NCBI GenBank assembly: GCA_043228905.1
Contig: JBHGNT010000017.1
Coordinates: 13,454,001-13,518,000 of the forward strand
Direction of reading: 5' to 3'
Length of the DNA stretch: 64,000 nucleotides
Source of the DNA: Azolla caroliniana
Lineage: Eukaryota; Plantae; Polypodiophyta
The notes under the pieces: model-generated
What the model saw: only the letters and a program-made list of their open reading frames with translations
The model's database searches: none
Told to the model about the DNA's origin: nothing
In this document: piece by piece, positions 1-11,375 of the stretch
How positions within the stretch are numbered: position 1 is the stretch's first letter
Layout: each line of letters opens with the position of its first letter
Translations under genes and position numbers: made by a program

Positions 1-2939
1 CGATCTTGGAGTCGAGAATGGCAGCAACTTCATATTCGAAACCATCTGAAACTTCGATTGGAGGTGGGGGAGATGTAAGACGGCCTGGAATAGAGCTGGT
101 TGTGTACAGCTCCAAAAGTGAAACATGGAAGACCGGGTGAAGATGCATATGAGGGGGAAGATCAAGGCGAAATGCCACATCATTGATCTTACCAGATATC
201 ACATATGGGCCAAAATGTTCATAATCCAATTTGCAGCAAGGTCGTGTTGTTTTAATGCGACCTTGTAAAAGCCATACTCGATCTCCCACTTGAAAGGTAG
301 TCGATGAATCACGTCGATGACGGTCGGCAACCTTCTTTTGAGTGTTTTGAGCATCACATAAATGGTGCAAAAGGATATCTTGAACTTCTTGGAGTCAGGT
401 GAGCCGATCTTCAGCAGCCGGGTTTGTCGGGAGTTCGGGATGTTCAAGCATAGTCCAACGAGGATGGTACCCAATGTTTGCAAAAAATGGGGAATATCTA
501 GTAGAAGAATGTTCTGAGTTGTTGTAAGCAAATTCCGCCAAATGTAATAGATCAACCCAATCATCTTGTTGATAGCTGACAAAACAACGAAGATATTGTT
601 CTACTATTTGCTTGGTGCGCTCACTCTGTCCGTTAGTTTCTGGATGGTAGCCGAAAGAGAGTTTGCAGGAAGTATGTAAGAGTTTGAACATGTGCCGCCA
701 AAATTTTGAGATGAACTGGGGACCCCAATCACTAATAATATCATCAGGAAGACCATGATGCCGAAACACCTCTCACATGAGTAACTCGGCTGTCTCTTGG
801 CTCGTAATGGCCTTTGTGCAAGGAAGAAAATGTGTCATCTTGGTAAAACGATCTACTACCGTGAGAATAGAATCAAAACCCTTGGAAGGTGGTAGATCCG
901 TAATGAAGTCCAATGAAATAGATTTCCATGGACTCTCAGGAATAGGCATTGGCTGTAATAAGCCATATGGATGATGTCGAGGTTTTTTGGATCGGCAACA
1001 TGTATCACAACTACGAACATAATCCGTAACAAAATGGCGAAGTCGTGGCCACCAATACCTTCGAGAAATTAACGCCAAAGTCTTGTGGATGCCAAAATGT
1101 CCAGCCATTGGTGTATCATGACATTGTTGCAAGACTTGGAGTCGAGAAGGACCATCAGGCACATATAAGAGATTTTGTCGAAAAAGTAAACCATCATGCC
1201 AATTGAACTGGTTGTAGTCTTGACGAGGATTTTGAGATTGTGAACAAGAAGCACGATTTGGGATAATATGGTTCAGAATATCTTGGGTGAATTCATCAGT
1301 CTCAATATGCTCCCGAATGGAGTCCAGAAGACTTGAATCCTCGGGTGTGTCTATAGCATGAAAAGCCATTAGTTGTAGACAGTCAGGACCCAAGAGGATT
1401 TGCTTCTAACTTTCAAATGTGGCCTCTGCTGGTTGAAGTTCCATATATGAACGCCGAGATAAAGCATCTGCTTTGCCTTGTTGCGTCCCAGGGCAATATA
1501 GAATTACGAAATCAAAACGAGTTAAAAACTGCGCCCAACGAGCTTGTCGACGACTCAAGACTCGAGCACTTTGGAAGTACGTTAGATTTTTGTGATCATT
1601 ATAGACAATGATTTGTTGAGACGAACCCTTCAAAAAATGACGCCATTGTTGAAAAGAATCCACAATGGCAACAAGCTCTTTGTCGTGAATCTCATAGTTG
1701 ATTTCTGCAGCTTCGAATTTCCGTGAATGAAAAGCCACAGGGTGCAGTTGACCATCATTGCTAATCTGGGATAATACGCTTCCTAGTGCGAAGTCGGATG
1801 CATCAGCTTCCAGTATAAAGCGCTTCAATGGATCAACATGCATCAAAATTGGTGCAGATGTAAATGCTTGCTTTAATCCTTCAAATGCAGAGTTTGCATT
1901 TATACTCCACACAAATGGTTGATTCTTCTGTGTCAGTTGAGTAAGGGGCAATACGATCTTTGAATAATCTTTGATGAACTTGCGATAAAAGTTTGCGAAC
2001 CCTAAAAAACATTGTACATCTCACACAAACTGTGGTGTTTGCCAATCCAAAACTGTTTGAACCTTTGCTGGATCCATAGAGATGCCATGTGAAGAGACTA
2101 TGTACCCCAAAAATTCCACTTGACGCTGGTCAAAACTGCACTTCTCCAATTTTGCTTAGAGACCATATTCACGCAACCGTTGCAAAGCTTGTCGAACATG
2201 TATATCATGATCCTCTTGAGTTTTTGAGTAGATCAAGATATCATCTAGGTAAATTATGACGAAAATATCGAGGAAATCTCGAAAAATGTCATTCGCCATA
2301 TGTTGGAAAACTGTTGGTGCATTCGTGAGACCAAATGGCATCACTGTATACTCAAAATGGCCATAGCGAGTACGAAAAGTAGTCTTCCATTCATCCCTAG
2401 GACAAATTCGAACAAGATTGTAAGCACCTCGAAGATCTAACTTTGTGAAATACTTAGCTCCATTGAGGCGTTCCAGAAGGCTCGAAATCAATGGTAGAGC
2501 ATATCGGTTTCGAATAGTTACTTTATTAAATCCTCGATAATCCACGACCAAACGAAGCGAACCATCTTTTTTCTTAACGAAAAATATGGGTGCGCCAGCA
2601 GGAGATCTTGAATGTTGGATAAACCCATTCGCCAAGTTCTCATCGATATATTCCCGAAGAACCTCTAACTCCGTGGGTGAAAAGGTTATAAATTGGCCCC
2701 CATGGAGGCTCTTTTCCAGGCTGCAAATCAATCGGGCAATCATATGATCGATGCTCTGGTAGTCTATTGGCCTTCCCCTTATGAAAAACATCGGAGAATT
2801 CTATATATTTCTTCGGTAGTTGGACCCCCGATTCTTGTGAGCTCGATGTGGGAGTTGCTAAAACTGCGAACACCAACATGTCTTCCTTCCGTCCTTGCTC
2901 ACGTAATTGATATATAGAGATTGTCGAAATCTTTTAGAA
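1..2939 (-). mobile_element. Ty3/gypsy chromovirus A, degenerate pol (RT-RNaseH-integrase-chromodomain), 5' half missing
   Basis: ORF pieces give RT (YLDD; 2156-2791), RNase H (EADASDF; 1406-1951) and integrase (HHCC, SLDFIT; 395-1393). The minus strand at 1-70 reads PPPIEVSDGFEYEVAAILDSKI, a chromodomain start. Many stops and frameshifts. Confidence 0.93.
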
Positions 2940-3389
2940 TGTCATATCCTTTGTTGGAGTTTTAAGAGGCTCGGACTGTATTGTGACCTCTTCAATGGTT
3001 CTTTCCATTTCTAGTGTTCTTTCTCTCTCTCCCTCTACCTTCTATTGTCATCTTATTTTTCTCTCTCCTATTCTCAAGTCACAACAGTTTGAACCGAATG
3101 AGTTGTGATGAATGAATAGACACCTATTTATAGGTCCTTATGGAGTATTCTAGAATGTTCTACAATATTTTAGATATTTATGATATTTAATATAATCATG
3201 GAATATCCTAGAATGTTCTAGAATACTCTAGAATGTTCTAGAATACTCTAAATATCTTGTAATAACTAATAATATATTTATTATAACTATACATCATATA
3301 TGTTAGTATAATGGTTAAAGGTCTAACATATAGACCTAGATGTCTTGGGCTCGAATCCTTGTAAGGCCAAAATGTATGTCGTCATGACA
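2940..3389 (-). repeat. Isolated chromovirus-type LTR with non-matching flanks
   Basis: TGTCAT...ATGACA termini; minus-strand TATA at about 3125-3133; GAATRYTCTA tandem at 3201-3250. Flanks TAGAA/TTGGG do not form a TSD. Confidence 0.8.
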
Positions 3390-4728
3390 TTGGGAAAGAT
3401 TGTGGCCAACCGAGGGGAACTGGATGCGCAAGAGGCTGAGGAGTTGTTCAAACCGGTAAGGGTTTAAGCTCTCCCTTACTATGGCGTACAATTTGGAAGC
3501 AAACAGGAACGTGGAGCGCGGACACGAGCCAATCGGGAAGGCACTGGTATGGGTGTGCGAGGGGTTGCTAGTAGCGTGGATACGTCAACTTCAGTGGAGA
3601 CCGGAGGACGTGGAATGGGCGAAGGCGAAGCTATACACAGTGCGGGAGAGGAACAAGGACCGGTTCGACCGGGTGCACCAGTTGCGACCAAAGAAGATCG
3701 AGGAAGGCGACTGGGTGTTGCTCTACAAGAGTAGCCTCGACAACCAACACAGGGAAACGCGGAAAAAGTTTTTGCGGAGATGTTTCGGGCCTTATATGGT
3801 GACAAGCGCGACTGACAACGCCATGTACCACCTTGCAGAGCTCAACGGGACAAGGATAACGATACCAGTTGCGGGTAAGCGGATTAGGGCCTTCAAGAAG
3901 CGGCACAAAGCGGAACCAAACCCGGAGATCGAGAGCAAGGACGGTGAACCAGAGGTGCCGGACCATGACAGGGAGGCCGATGGATCAGAGGAGGAAAAAT
4001 AACTGAACAACCAGAATTCCCATCTCTCCCTCTTGGCACATACCGGTGGATATGCGGTTTGGTGGGGGTGGATGTCGCGGGAAGTTCCAGCTACACGGTG
4101 AAACAAAGTCGGATGCGCCAGAATGGGTGTTTACATGGGTGAAGACCAACATTTCATCTCTAAGTATGAATGCGTGTAAATAACGCCGAACTAGAAAATA
4201 AGAGTTAATGGGTACTTTAAGGTCCCACACAAATAGAGAGGAAGGGAGTGAGTTTGACGTGAGGAGATCGACGAAATCTCTATCCAAAGCGGTCACCTTA
4301 ACTACCTGATGTGATAGCCCTCTCTCTCCTTGGTCTAAAAAGGAGGGAGAGAGGACTGAGTAGGGATCAGCGTTTTTGGGACGACGAACTATTGCCGGTT
4401 TGAGTGTCGAGCTCTCTCTCTCTCTCTCTCGTGCCCAGTTCTGGATGGAAAACCTCTGCTTGCACAGGAATCCTATGAGCTCCCGACCAGAGGTTCTTAA
4501 TTCCGTTTCCTTGTGTGTGTGAGTGTGTGTGAGCATCTCTCGTGAGCGCTTGGCTTTGCCACTGGCTGTGCTCGGTTGTATTCCTTGGTTCCTTGCTAGT
4601 CACTTGTCGATTGAGTTCCCTCTCGTGTTGGGGTTTCTATGTTGTTTGTACTTATTTCATGTTAATCGTGCTCAGACTCACGTCTTAAGTCCCATTCGAC
4701 CTTTGTTGCGTACACGTCCGAGTCTACA
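3390..4728 (+). mobile_element. Ty3/gypsy element G, 3' remnant (integrase C-terminus plus 3' LTR 4073-4728)
   Basis: ORF 3481-4002 has GDWVLL...FGPYMV...YHLAELNG (integrase GPY/F region). A G-rich PPT-like tract precedes TGTCGCGG at 4073 and the LTR ends AGTCTACA. The LTR core matches the reverse complement of 24131-24178. Confidence 0.8.
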
Positions 4729-5546
4729 AGCCGTGCGCCCACCGATGCTTCTCGGCCGATCAACCTCCGGTTACATGTTTTCTCTTGGTAGCGCGGTTGT
4801 TGCGTGGAGCAGCAAAAGGCAGCCAACAATGGCTCTATCGAGCATTGAAGCTGAATATTGGGGTGCTACCTTTACCACCTGTGAAGCCATCTGGCTTCGG
4901 CGACTGTTGCAAGACCTCCAGATCGAGGTGCCGACCCCGATCCTCATTTATTGTGACAATGTAAGCAGCATACAACTCACCAAGAACGTTGTATTCCATG
5001 CTCGAAAAAAGCACATAGAAGTGCATAATCACTTTGTCCGTGAGCAGGTCCTTAGCGGTGAAGTTGAACATCGGTATGTTCACACGGATCGGCAGGTCGC
5101 CGACATCTTCACCAAGCTGTCAGGAATAATACTAAGACAAAGAAGGAATTAGTACTAAACGAAGGATTAGTACTATGAGAGGTGTAGAACTTCTTTGAGA
5201 GAAGGAAGAAGTGAGCGAGACGGAGAGAAAGAGAGAGATCGAGAGAGGGAGAGAGTGATGATAAGAAAGATATGTATTATGTGAAGAGAATATACAATGG
5301 TGGCTAAAGGCTTAAGACTAGCGTTGAACCAATTTGGTTCAACATAATGCCTAGTGGCCTCTTTTATAGTGTTTCCAGGAGTAATCCTAAAGCTTCTAGA
5401 ATGTTCCAGAGAAATTTGGAATATACATTAATTTCCTATAATAAAATGTAAATGAAAATAATATCCTACATTAATTACAATAGATGATATACTGGTCAAG
5501 AGCTCAACCCATATAACCTAAGGTCATGGGTTCAAGTCTTGCCATA

Positions 5547-8500
5547 TCATGACACTATCCCCCCTTTAAAACGACAAGTGTGACGAGTCGTCTTGGATTG
5601 AGGACCTGGTTTGTGTGGATATTGACGATGGAAGTCTTCAAGAAGAGCACGAGCATTGGTCACATTCTCGATCCGTTCCCAAGTACGTTCGTTGGGACTA
5701 TAGCCTAGCCAATCGACTAGATAGTAGAGCTTGTTGCGAACAATCTTGGAATCAAGGATGGCGGCAACCTCGTACTCTGGCCCATCTTCAAGCTCGATCG
5801 GGGGTGGAGGTTGTATAAGACGTCCTGGGATGGTGCTCTCGTGATAGGGTTCGAGGAGAGAACTATGAAACACCGGATGTATCCGAAGTTGAGGAGGTAG
5901 ATCGAGACGAAAAGCGACATCATTAATCTTTCCAATAATACGGAAAGGACCTAATCGCCGATAATCCAACTTCTCACATGGGCGAGTAGTCTTGATGTGT
6001 CGTCGTAGCAACCACACCCGATCTCCAATATTAAAACTAGATGGAAGTCGATGACGATCCGCATAGACCTTGTGTGTTTGTTGAGCTTGCTGGAGATGAG
6101 TAGATAAATCCGCTTGTATCTTGCGTAACCGCTCCAAACGATCCTCCGCGCACGGATTTGTGGACACCTCTCGGGTTTCAAGTACACTCCATCGAGGGTG
6201 ACATCTCGTATAAGCATAAAATGGCGTAACTTTAGTGGATGCGTGGATAGAGTTGTTATAGGAAAATTCGGCGAAGTGGAGAATATCTGCCCAGTCATCC
6301 TGATGATAGTTGAGAAAGCACCGCAGATATTGCTCCAGCGTTTAATTTGTTCGTTCGGCTTGGCCGTCGGTTTGTGGGTGGTAGTTGGAGGAGAGGTTAC
6401 AAGTGACCTTGAGCATGTTAAAAAGGTGCTTCCAGAATTTTGACACGAACTGGGGTCCACAGTCGTTGATGATACTATTGGGAAGTCCATGATGCCGACA
6501 TACTTCACGCATGACAATTTCGGCAGTGTCTTCACTGGAGATCTCCTTAGTACATGGCAAGAAATGAGCCATCTTCGTATATCGATGGACCACCGTTAGA
6601 ATCGCATTAAACCCCTTAGAGACTGGAAGATCTGTGATGAAGTCTAGAGCAATGAATTGCCATGGCTTGCTTGGAATTGGTAATGGTTCTAATCAACCAT
6701 ATGGATGATGCCTTGGCATTTTCGCTCTGCAACATGTATCACAAGTCCGAACAAAATCCTCGACAAATTGTCGCATACAGGGCCACCAGAATGATCGTTG
6801 TACTAAATCTAATGTTTTAGTACTACCAAAATGCCCAGTTGTATATGTGTCATGACAGTTTTCTACTACTCAAAGGCGGCAAGAACCATTAGGAACATAC
6901 AAAAGTTCTTTAAAGAAGAGTAATCCATCACGGTATTTGAATTGCCGATAGTCTATACTTGGTGGTTGCGACTGTGAACACGACGCTCGAGAGGGATCAA
7001 TTTGTGCTAGTATAGCTTGGGCGAACGCATCTATCTTCAAGTCTTCACGTATGGTATCGATAACGCGTGAATCCATGGGCATGTCAAAGATCTATTTTGC
7101 TTGTAGTCGCACCGGTCCCAAGATGACTTGTTTTTGGTTATCGAAAGTTGGCTCGCCGGGACGGGGTGCTAGATACAAACGTCGTGATAATGCATCTGCC
7201 TTCCCTTGGTGCTTCCCCGGACGATATGTAATTTTGAAGTCGAAACGCGTGAGGAAGTGGGCCCACCGAGCTTGACGTCGATTCAACACACGAGCATCCT
7301 GAAAGTAGGCAAGGTTCTTGTGGTCACTAAATACGGTGACTGGATGAGAGGATCCCTCAAGAAAATGCCTCCATTGCATAAAAGAATCCACTATTGCCAA
7401 TAGCTCCTTATCATGAATTTCGTAGTTGATTTCGGCGGCGTCAAACTTGCGTGAGTGAAAAGCCACAAGATGTAGCTTCTCATCATTCCCCTGTTGTGAC
7501 AGAATGCTCCCCAATGCAAAATCCGATGCATCAGCTTCAATAATGAATGGTTTTTCCATATCGACATGAGCTAGAATTGGAGCCGATGTAAATTCCTTTT
7601 TAAGACTCTCGAAAGCCATGTCCGTTTCTTCAGACCAGATGAACGGTTGTCCCTTCCTGGTAAGTTGTGTGAGAGGTAGAATGATCTTCGAATAATCTTG
7701 TATGAACTTCCGGTAAAAATTGGCAAAGCCTAGGAAGCATTGCACATCCCGCACCGAACGTGGAGTCTGCCATTCTACCACCGTTTTGACCTTAGCTGGG
7801 TCTATGGAGATGCCTTCTGACGAAATGATGTAGCTGAGAAATTCCACTTGGTTGCACCCGAAACTACATTTTTCCAGCTTTGCATACAGACCATGTTCTC
7901 GAAGTCATTTTAGTACTAATAGTACATGAGAATCGTGTTCTTCTTGGGTCTTTGAATAAACCAATAGATCATCCAAATAGATGATCAAACAATCATCCAA
8001 TAGATCTCGGAATATATCATTAGCCATGTGCTGGAAGACTGTCGGCGCATTAGTGAGGCCGAACGGCATGACCGTATACTCGAAGTGCCCATATCTGGTG
8101 CAAAACGTGGTCTTCCATTCATCTCATGGTCGGATCCATACGACGTTATATGCTCCCCCCCGTAAGTCGATCTTCGTGAAGAACCTGGCACCATTGATCC
8201 GTTCTAAAAGACTTGAGATAAGGGGAAGAGCATACCTATTCCTGATTGTAACCTTATTCAAGCCACGGTAATCTACAACGAAACGAAGCGATCCATCCTT
8301 TTTCTTGACGAAGAAAATGGGCGCGCCGGCTGGAGATTTCGAATGTTGAATGAAACCATTTTCCAAATTCTCCTCTATATAGGCCCGAAGGACTTCCAGC
8401 TCGGTTGGTGACAAATTGTAGATCTGTCCCCATGGCGGCTCTTTTCCCGGTTGTAAATCGATGGGGCTTTCGTACGGTCGATGATGAGGAAGTGTGTTGG

Positions 8501-9146
8501 CTTGTACTTTATCGAACACATCGGCATAATGACGATACTTCTCGGGAAGTTGAACGGTGGATTCTTCTTTAGTGGTGCTAGAGGGGTTTACTGATATTGC
8601 AAAAAGGAACATTTCCTCCTTGCGCCCTTCTTTACGCAACTGACGTAGCGAAATGGTTTCCATCTTCTGAGTTGACCCTTGGGTTTGTCGACACCGGATT
8701 TCTCTTGTTCTCCAATCTATGTCTGGGTTATGTAACTCGAACCACGGTAATCCTAAAACTATGGGATGTTCTGGGATACTAATATTATTAAATGATATTA
8801 CACATGCTAAGTTATCTAGGACAATATTAATGGGCTCTGACTCTTCTAGGATATTTCCGGAAGCAATGGGACGTCCATCAATGACTACTACAGAGGCTGG
8901 ACATTGGAGTTTTCTTAGGGATATCTTATGAGCTTGAGCAAATTTCTTATCCATAAAGCAAGAGTTAGCTTCGGAATCTAGGAGTGCTAGGACATGTACT
9001 GGAGGGGTACTTTTAGTACTAACTATTACTTGGGCTACGAACACATCACTAACTTGCTTAGAGGGAATGGAACCACTAATGGGCTGCACAGATCTAGGGT
9101 TGTCCAACCAAACGGCTCCTATTTTGGCTGGACTTAGTCGTTTAAC
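5547..9146 (-). pseudogene. pol of chromovirus B (PR-RT-RH-IN-chromodomain), disrupted
   Basis: ORF pieces 8124-9107 (LLDSEAN mutated protease, RT start), 7092-7847 (RNase H), 6342-6593 (integrase) and 5547-6167 (GPF motif plus chromodomain). Confidence 0.92.
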
Positions 9147-10258
9147 TCTTCCTCTAACTGACTAAGGACATCAAATTTGTTCGCTAGATCTGGGCTATTA
9201 GTACTATTAGGACTATCAGATATCCCTACTGAAATAGGCTCGGGTTTAGTACAATTAGAACTAGCGACTATTTGGTTTACCTGTCTTCTTGGCCTATGGG
9301 GGCAATTTATTGCAATATGTCATGGTCCACCGCAGTAAACACATAGTCGATTTGTACGGTGTCGCTGCTTTTCTTCTTCGGATAATGGCCCTCGACGACG
9401 TGTAGTGTCAATCTCCATCGGAGTCGAAGTATTCACTGGAGGCGCATTATATGACTCCCTCGGAAAAGGTCTTGCTACCACTGAGGCGTAGGTGGGCTCT
9501 GATCTTGCCCTCGGCATCTGTAGTTGTCATTCCGAACGTCGCTCAAAGAGGCGGTTGTCACATCTCACCGCGCGACTGATTGCTTCGGTCAAGAGTAAAT
9601 CTTTGACGTCATTGCGTAAACCATAACGGAATTGCTCCATCAACGCTTGATCATCCCAAGGGATATCGGCGGCGAGTAGGCGAAAATCTGCAACGTATGC
9701 GGAGGTTGGACAGTCACCTTGGCGTAATCGCCGAATTTTGTTGATTGCGGTCTTGATGCTGTTAGTATCTCCAAAACATGCTTTAAACTCACCTAGAAAC
9801 TCTTCAAAATTGTTGAGTAACGGAGATTCCTTTTCTAATAGTGGAGCGAACCATGCCAACGCTGAGCCACTTAACAAAGTGCCTACTAAACCCACTCGTG
9901 ATGCATCGGTGGGATATCGGGAAGGATGCATTTGAATAACTAATCGTATTTGGTTAAGGAACCCTCTAAACTGCGATCGCGTTCCATCGAACTTCATGGG
10001 AAGGCTAATCTTGGGTTCTTTATGAATCCCTTGTGTTCCGGGCCCTTGTTGTTGCATCGCTACGATGGTTGCTTCGAGTTGTTGCATGCGTAACGCAAGT
10101 TCCCCATGTTGTTGTTGCGTTTGTTGCTTTTCTAAGGAGATTTATTGAAGATCCCCCAGCAACCGTTGGTTTTCTTGTTCCAAAGCATGGAACTTCTCTT
10201 TCAAGCATTGAAATTCCGAGAAAACAGATTGATATTCTTCAGCGCTAACAGTGGCCAT
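9134..10258 (-). pseudogene. gag of chromovirus B (capsid plus CCHC knuckle), disrupted
   Basis: ATG at 10258 (MATVSAEEYQ), KFDGTRSQFRGFL capsid motif, CVYCGGP*HIAINC knuckle, ends LEEELND* at 9134. Confidence 0.88.
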
Positions 10259-11019
10259 GGGATGAAAAAAAAGAGGAATAAGAGATTAGTAGGAAATGAG
10301 AGAGACAGAAGGTAGGGCAAATTGGTTCAAACTGTCAAGAACAATACTAAGGCAAAGAAGGAATTAGTACTAAACGAAGGATTAGTACTATGAGAGGTGT
10401 AGAACTTCTTTGAGAGAAGGAAGAAGTGAGCGAGACGGAGAGAAAGAGAGAGATCGAGAGAGGGAGAGAGTGATGATAAGAAAGATATGTATTATGTGAA
10501 GAGAATATACAATGGTGGCTAAAGGCTTAAGACTAGCGTTGAACCAATTTGGTTCAACATAATGCCTAGTGGCCTCTTTTATAGTGTTTTCAGGAGTAAT
10601 CCTGAAGCTTCTAGAATGTTCTAGAGAAATCTAGAATTTACATTAATTTCGTATAATAAAATGTAAATGAAAATAATATCCTACGTATTACAATAGAGGA
10701 TATAATGGTCAAGAGCTCAACCCATATAACCTAAGGTCATGGGTTCGAGTCTTGTCATATCATGACACAAGCTGCTCAGATTGTACAAGTTGCAACACTT
10801 TTTGAAGATGCTCGGCATTCAACATCTCGATGTGCTGCACTTGAGGGGGTGAACGGAAACGGAAACGGGTAATGGCACCAGACAAGGAGCTGGAGAGGAA
10901 GAAAGAACAAACGGGGGAGATAAGCAGAAAAAGGAAGTCGAGCCGACCGAAGGAGTCGGCACATCCGAACAAGTCGGAGCAAGCGGCAGCGGCAGCAGCG
11001 ACAAACTCAAGAAGGCCAA

Positions 11020-11375
11020 TGACACGAACACACCAACTGCGGACTAAGAAGGAGCACGGATGATGGGGATACACGCGATGGGTTGTGAACTTAGAGCTAG
11101 AAGTGACGAGGCTAGAAACTTGAGAATATTTTGAAGAAACTTGAGAATATTTTGAAGAATATTTTGGAACCGTTTAGAACCTTCTAGATCTTTCTAGAAC
11201 TTTCTAGATGTTTAGAGATTATACCTAGATCAAGTATATCTTATATAATGATATGTAGATCAAGTAAATCTTATACAATGCTCATATCAAGATGGTTGAA
11301 CATGACGTATTGTTGATGTGAGATTGCAAGTTTAATCCTCACCAACTATATATTTTATGTCACTGTATCATGACA
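11020..11375 (-). repeat. Solo LTR of a third chromovirus-like family
   Basis: TGACAC...CATGACA flanked by TSD GCCAA (11015-11019, 11376-11380). It has the same HSE-like plus tRNA-like end module as the other two families. Confidence 0.78.

Larger units (their letters stand above)
5118..10767 (-). mobile_element. Full-length Ty3/gypsy chromovirus B (Tcn1/Tf1-sushi-like), decayed
   Basis: LTRs 10333-10767 (5') and 5118-5554 (3') with TG..CA termini; 5-bp TSD CAAGC at 5113-5117 and 10768-10772; PPT AAAGGGGGGATAG next to the 3' LTR; gag, PR, RT, RH, IN and chromodomain (YLVDWLGY) all present. Confidence 0.96.

Noticed and set aside
10694-10755. Functional tRNA gene
   Set aside because: Acceptor and anticodon stems do not pair; reported only as a tRNA-like A/B-box segment.
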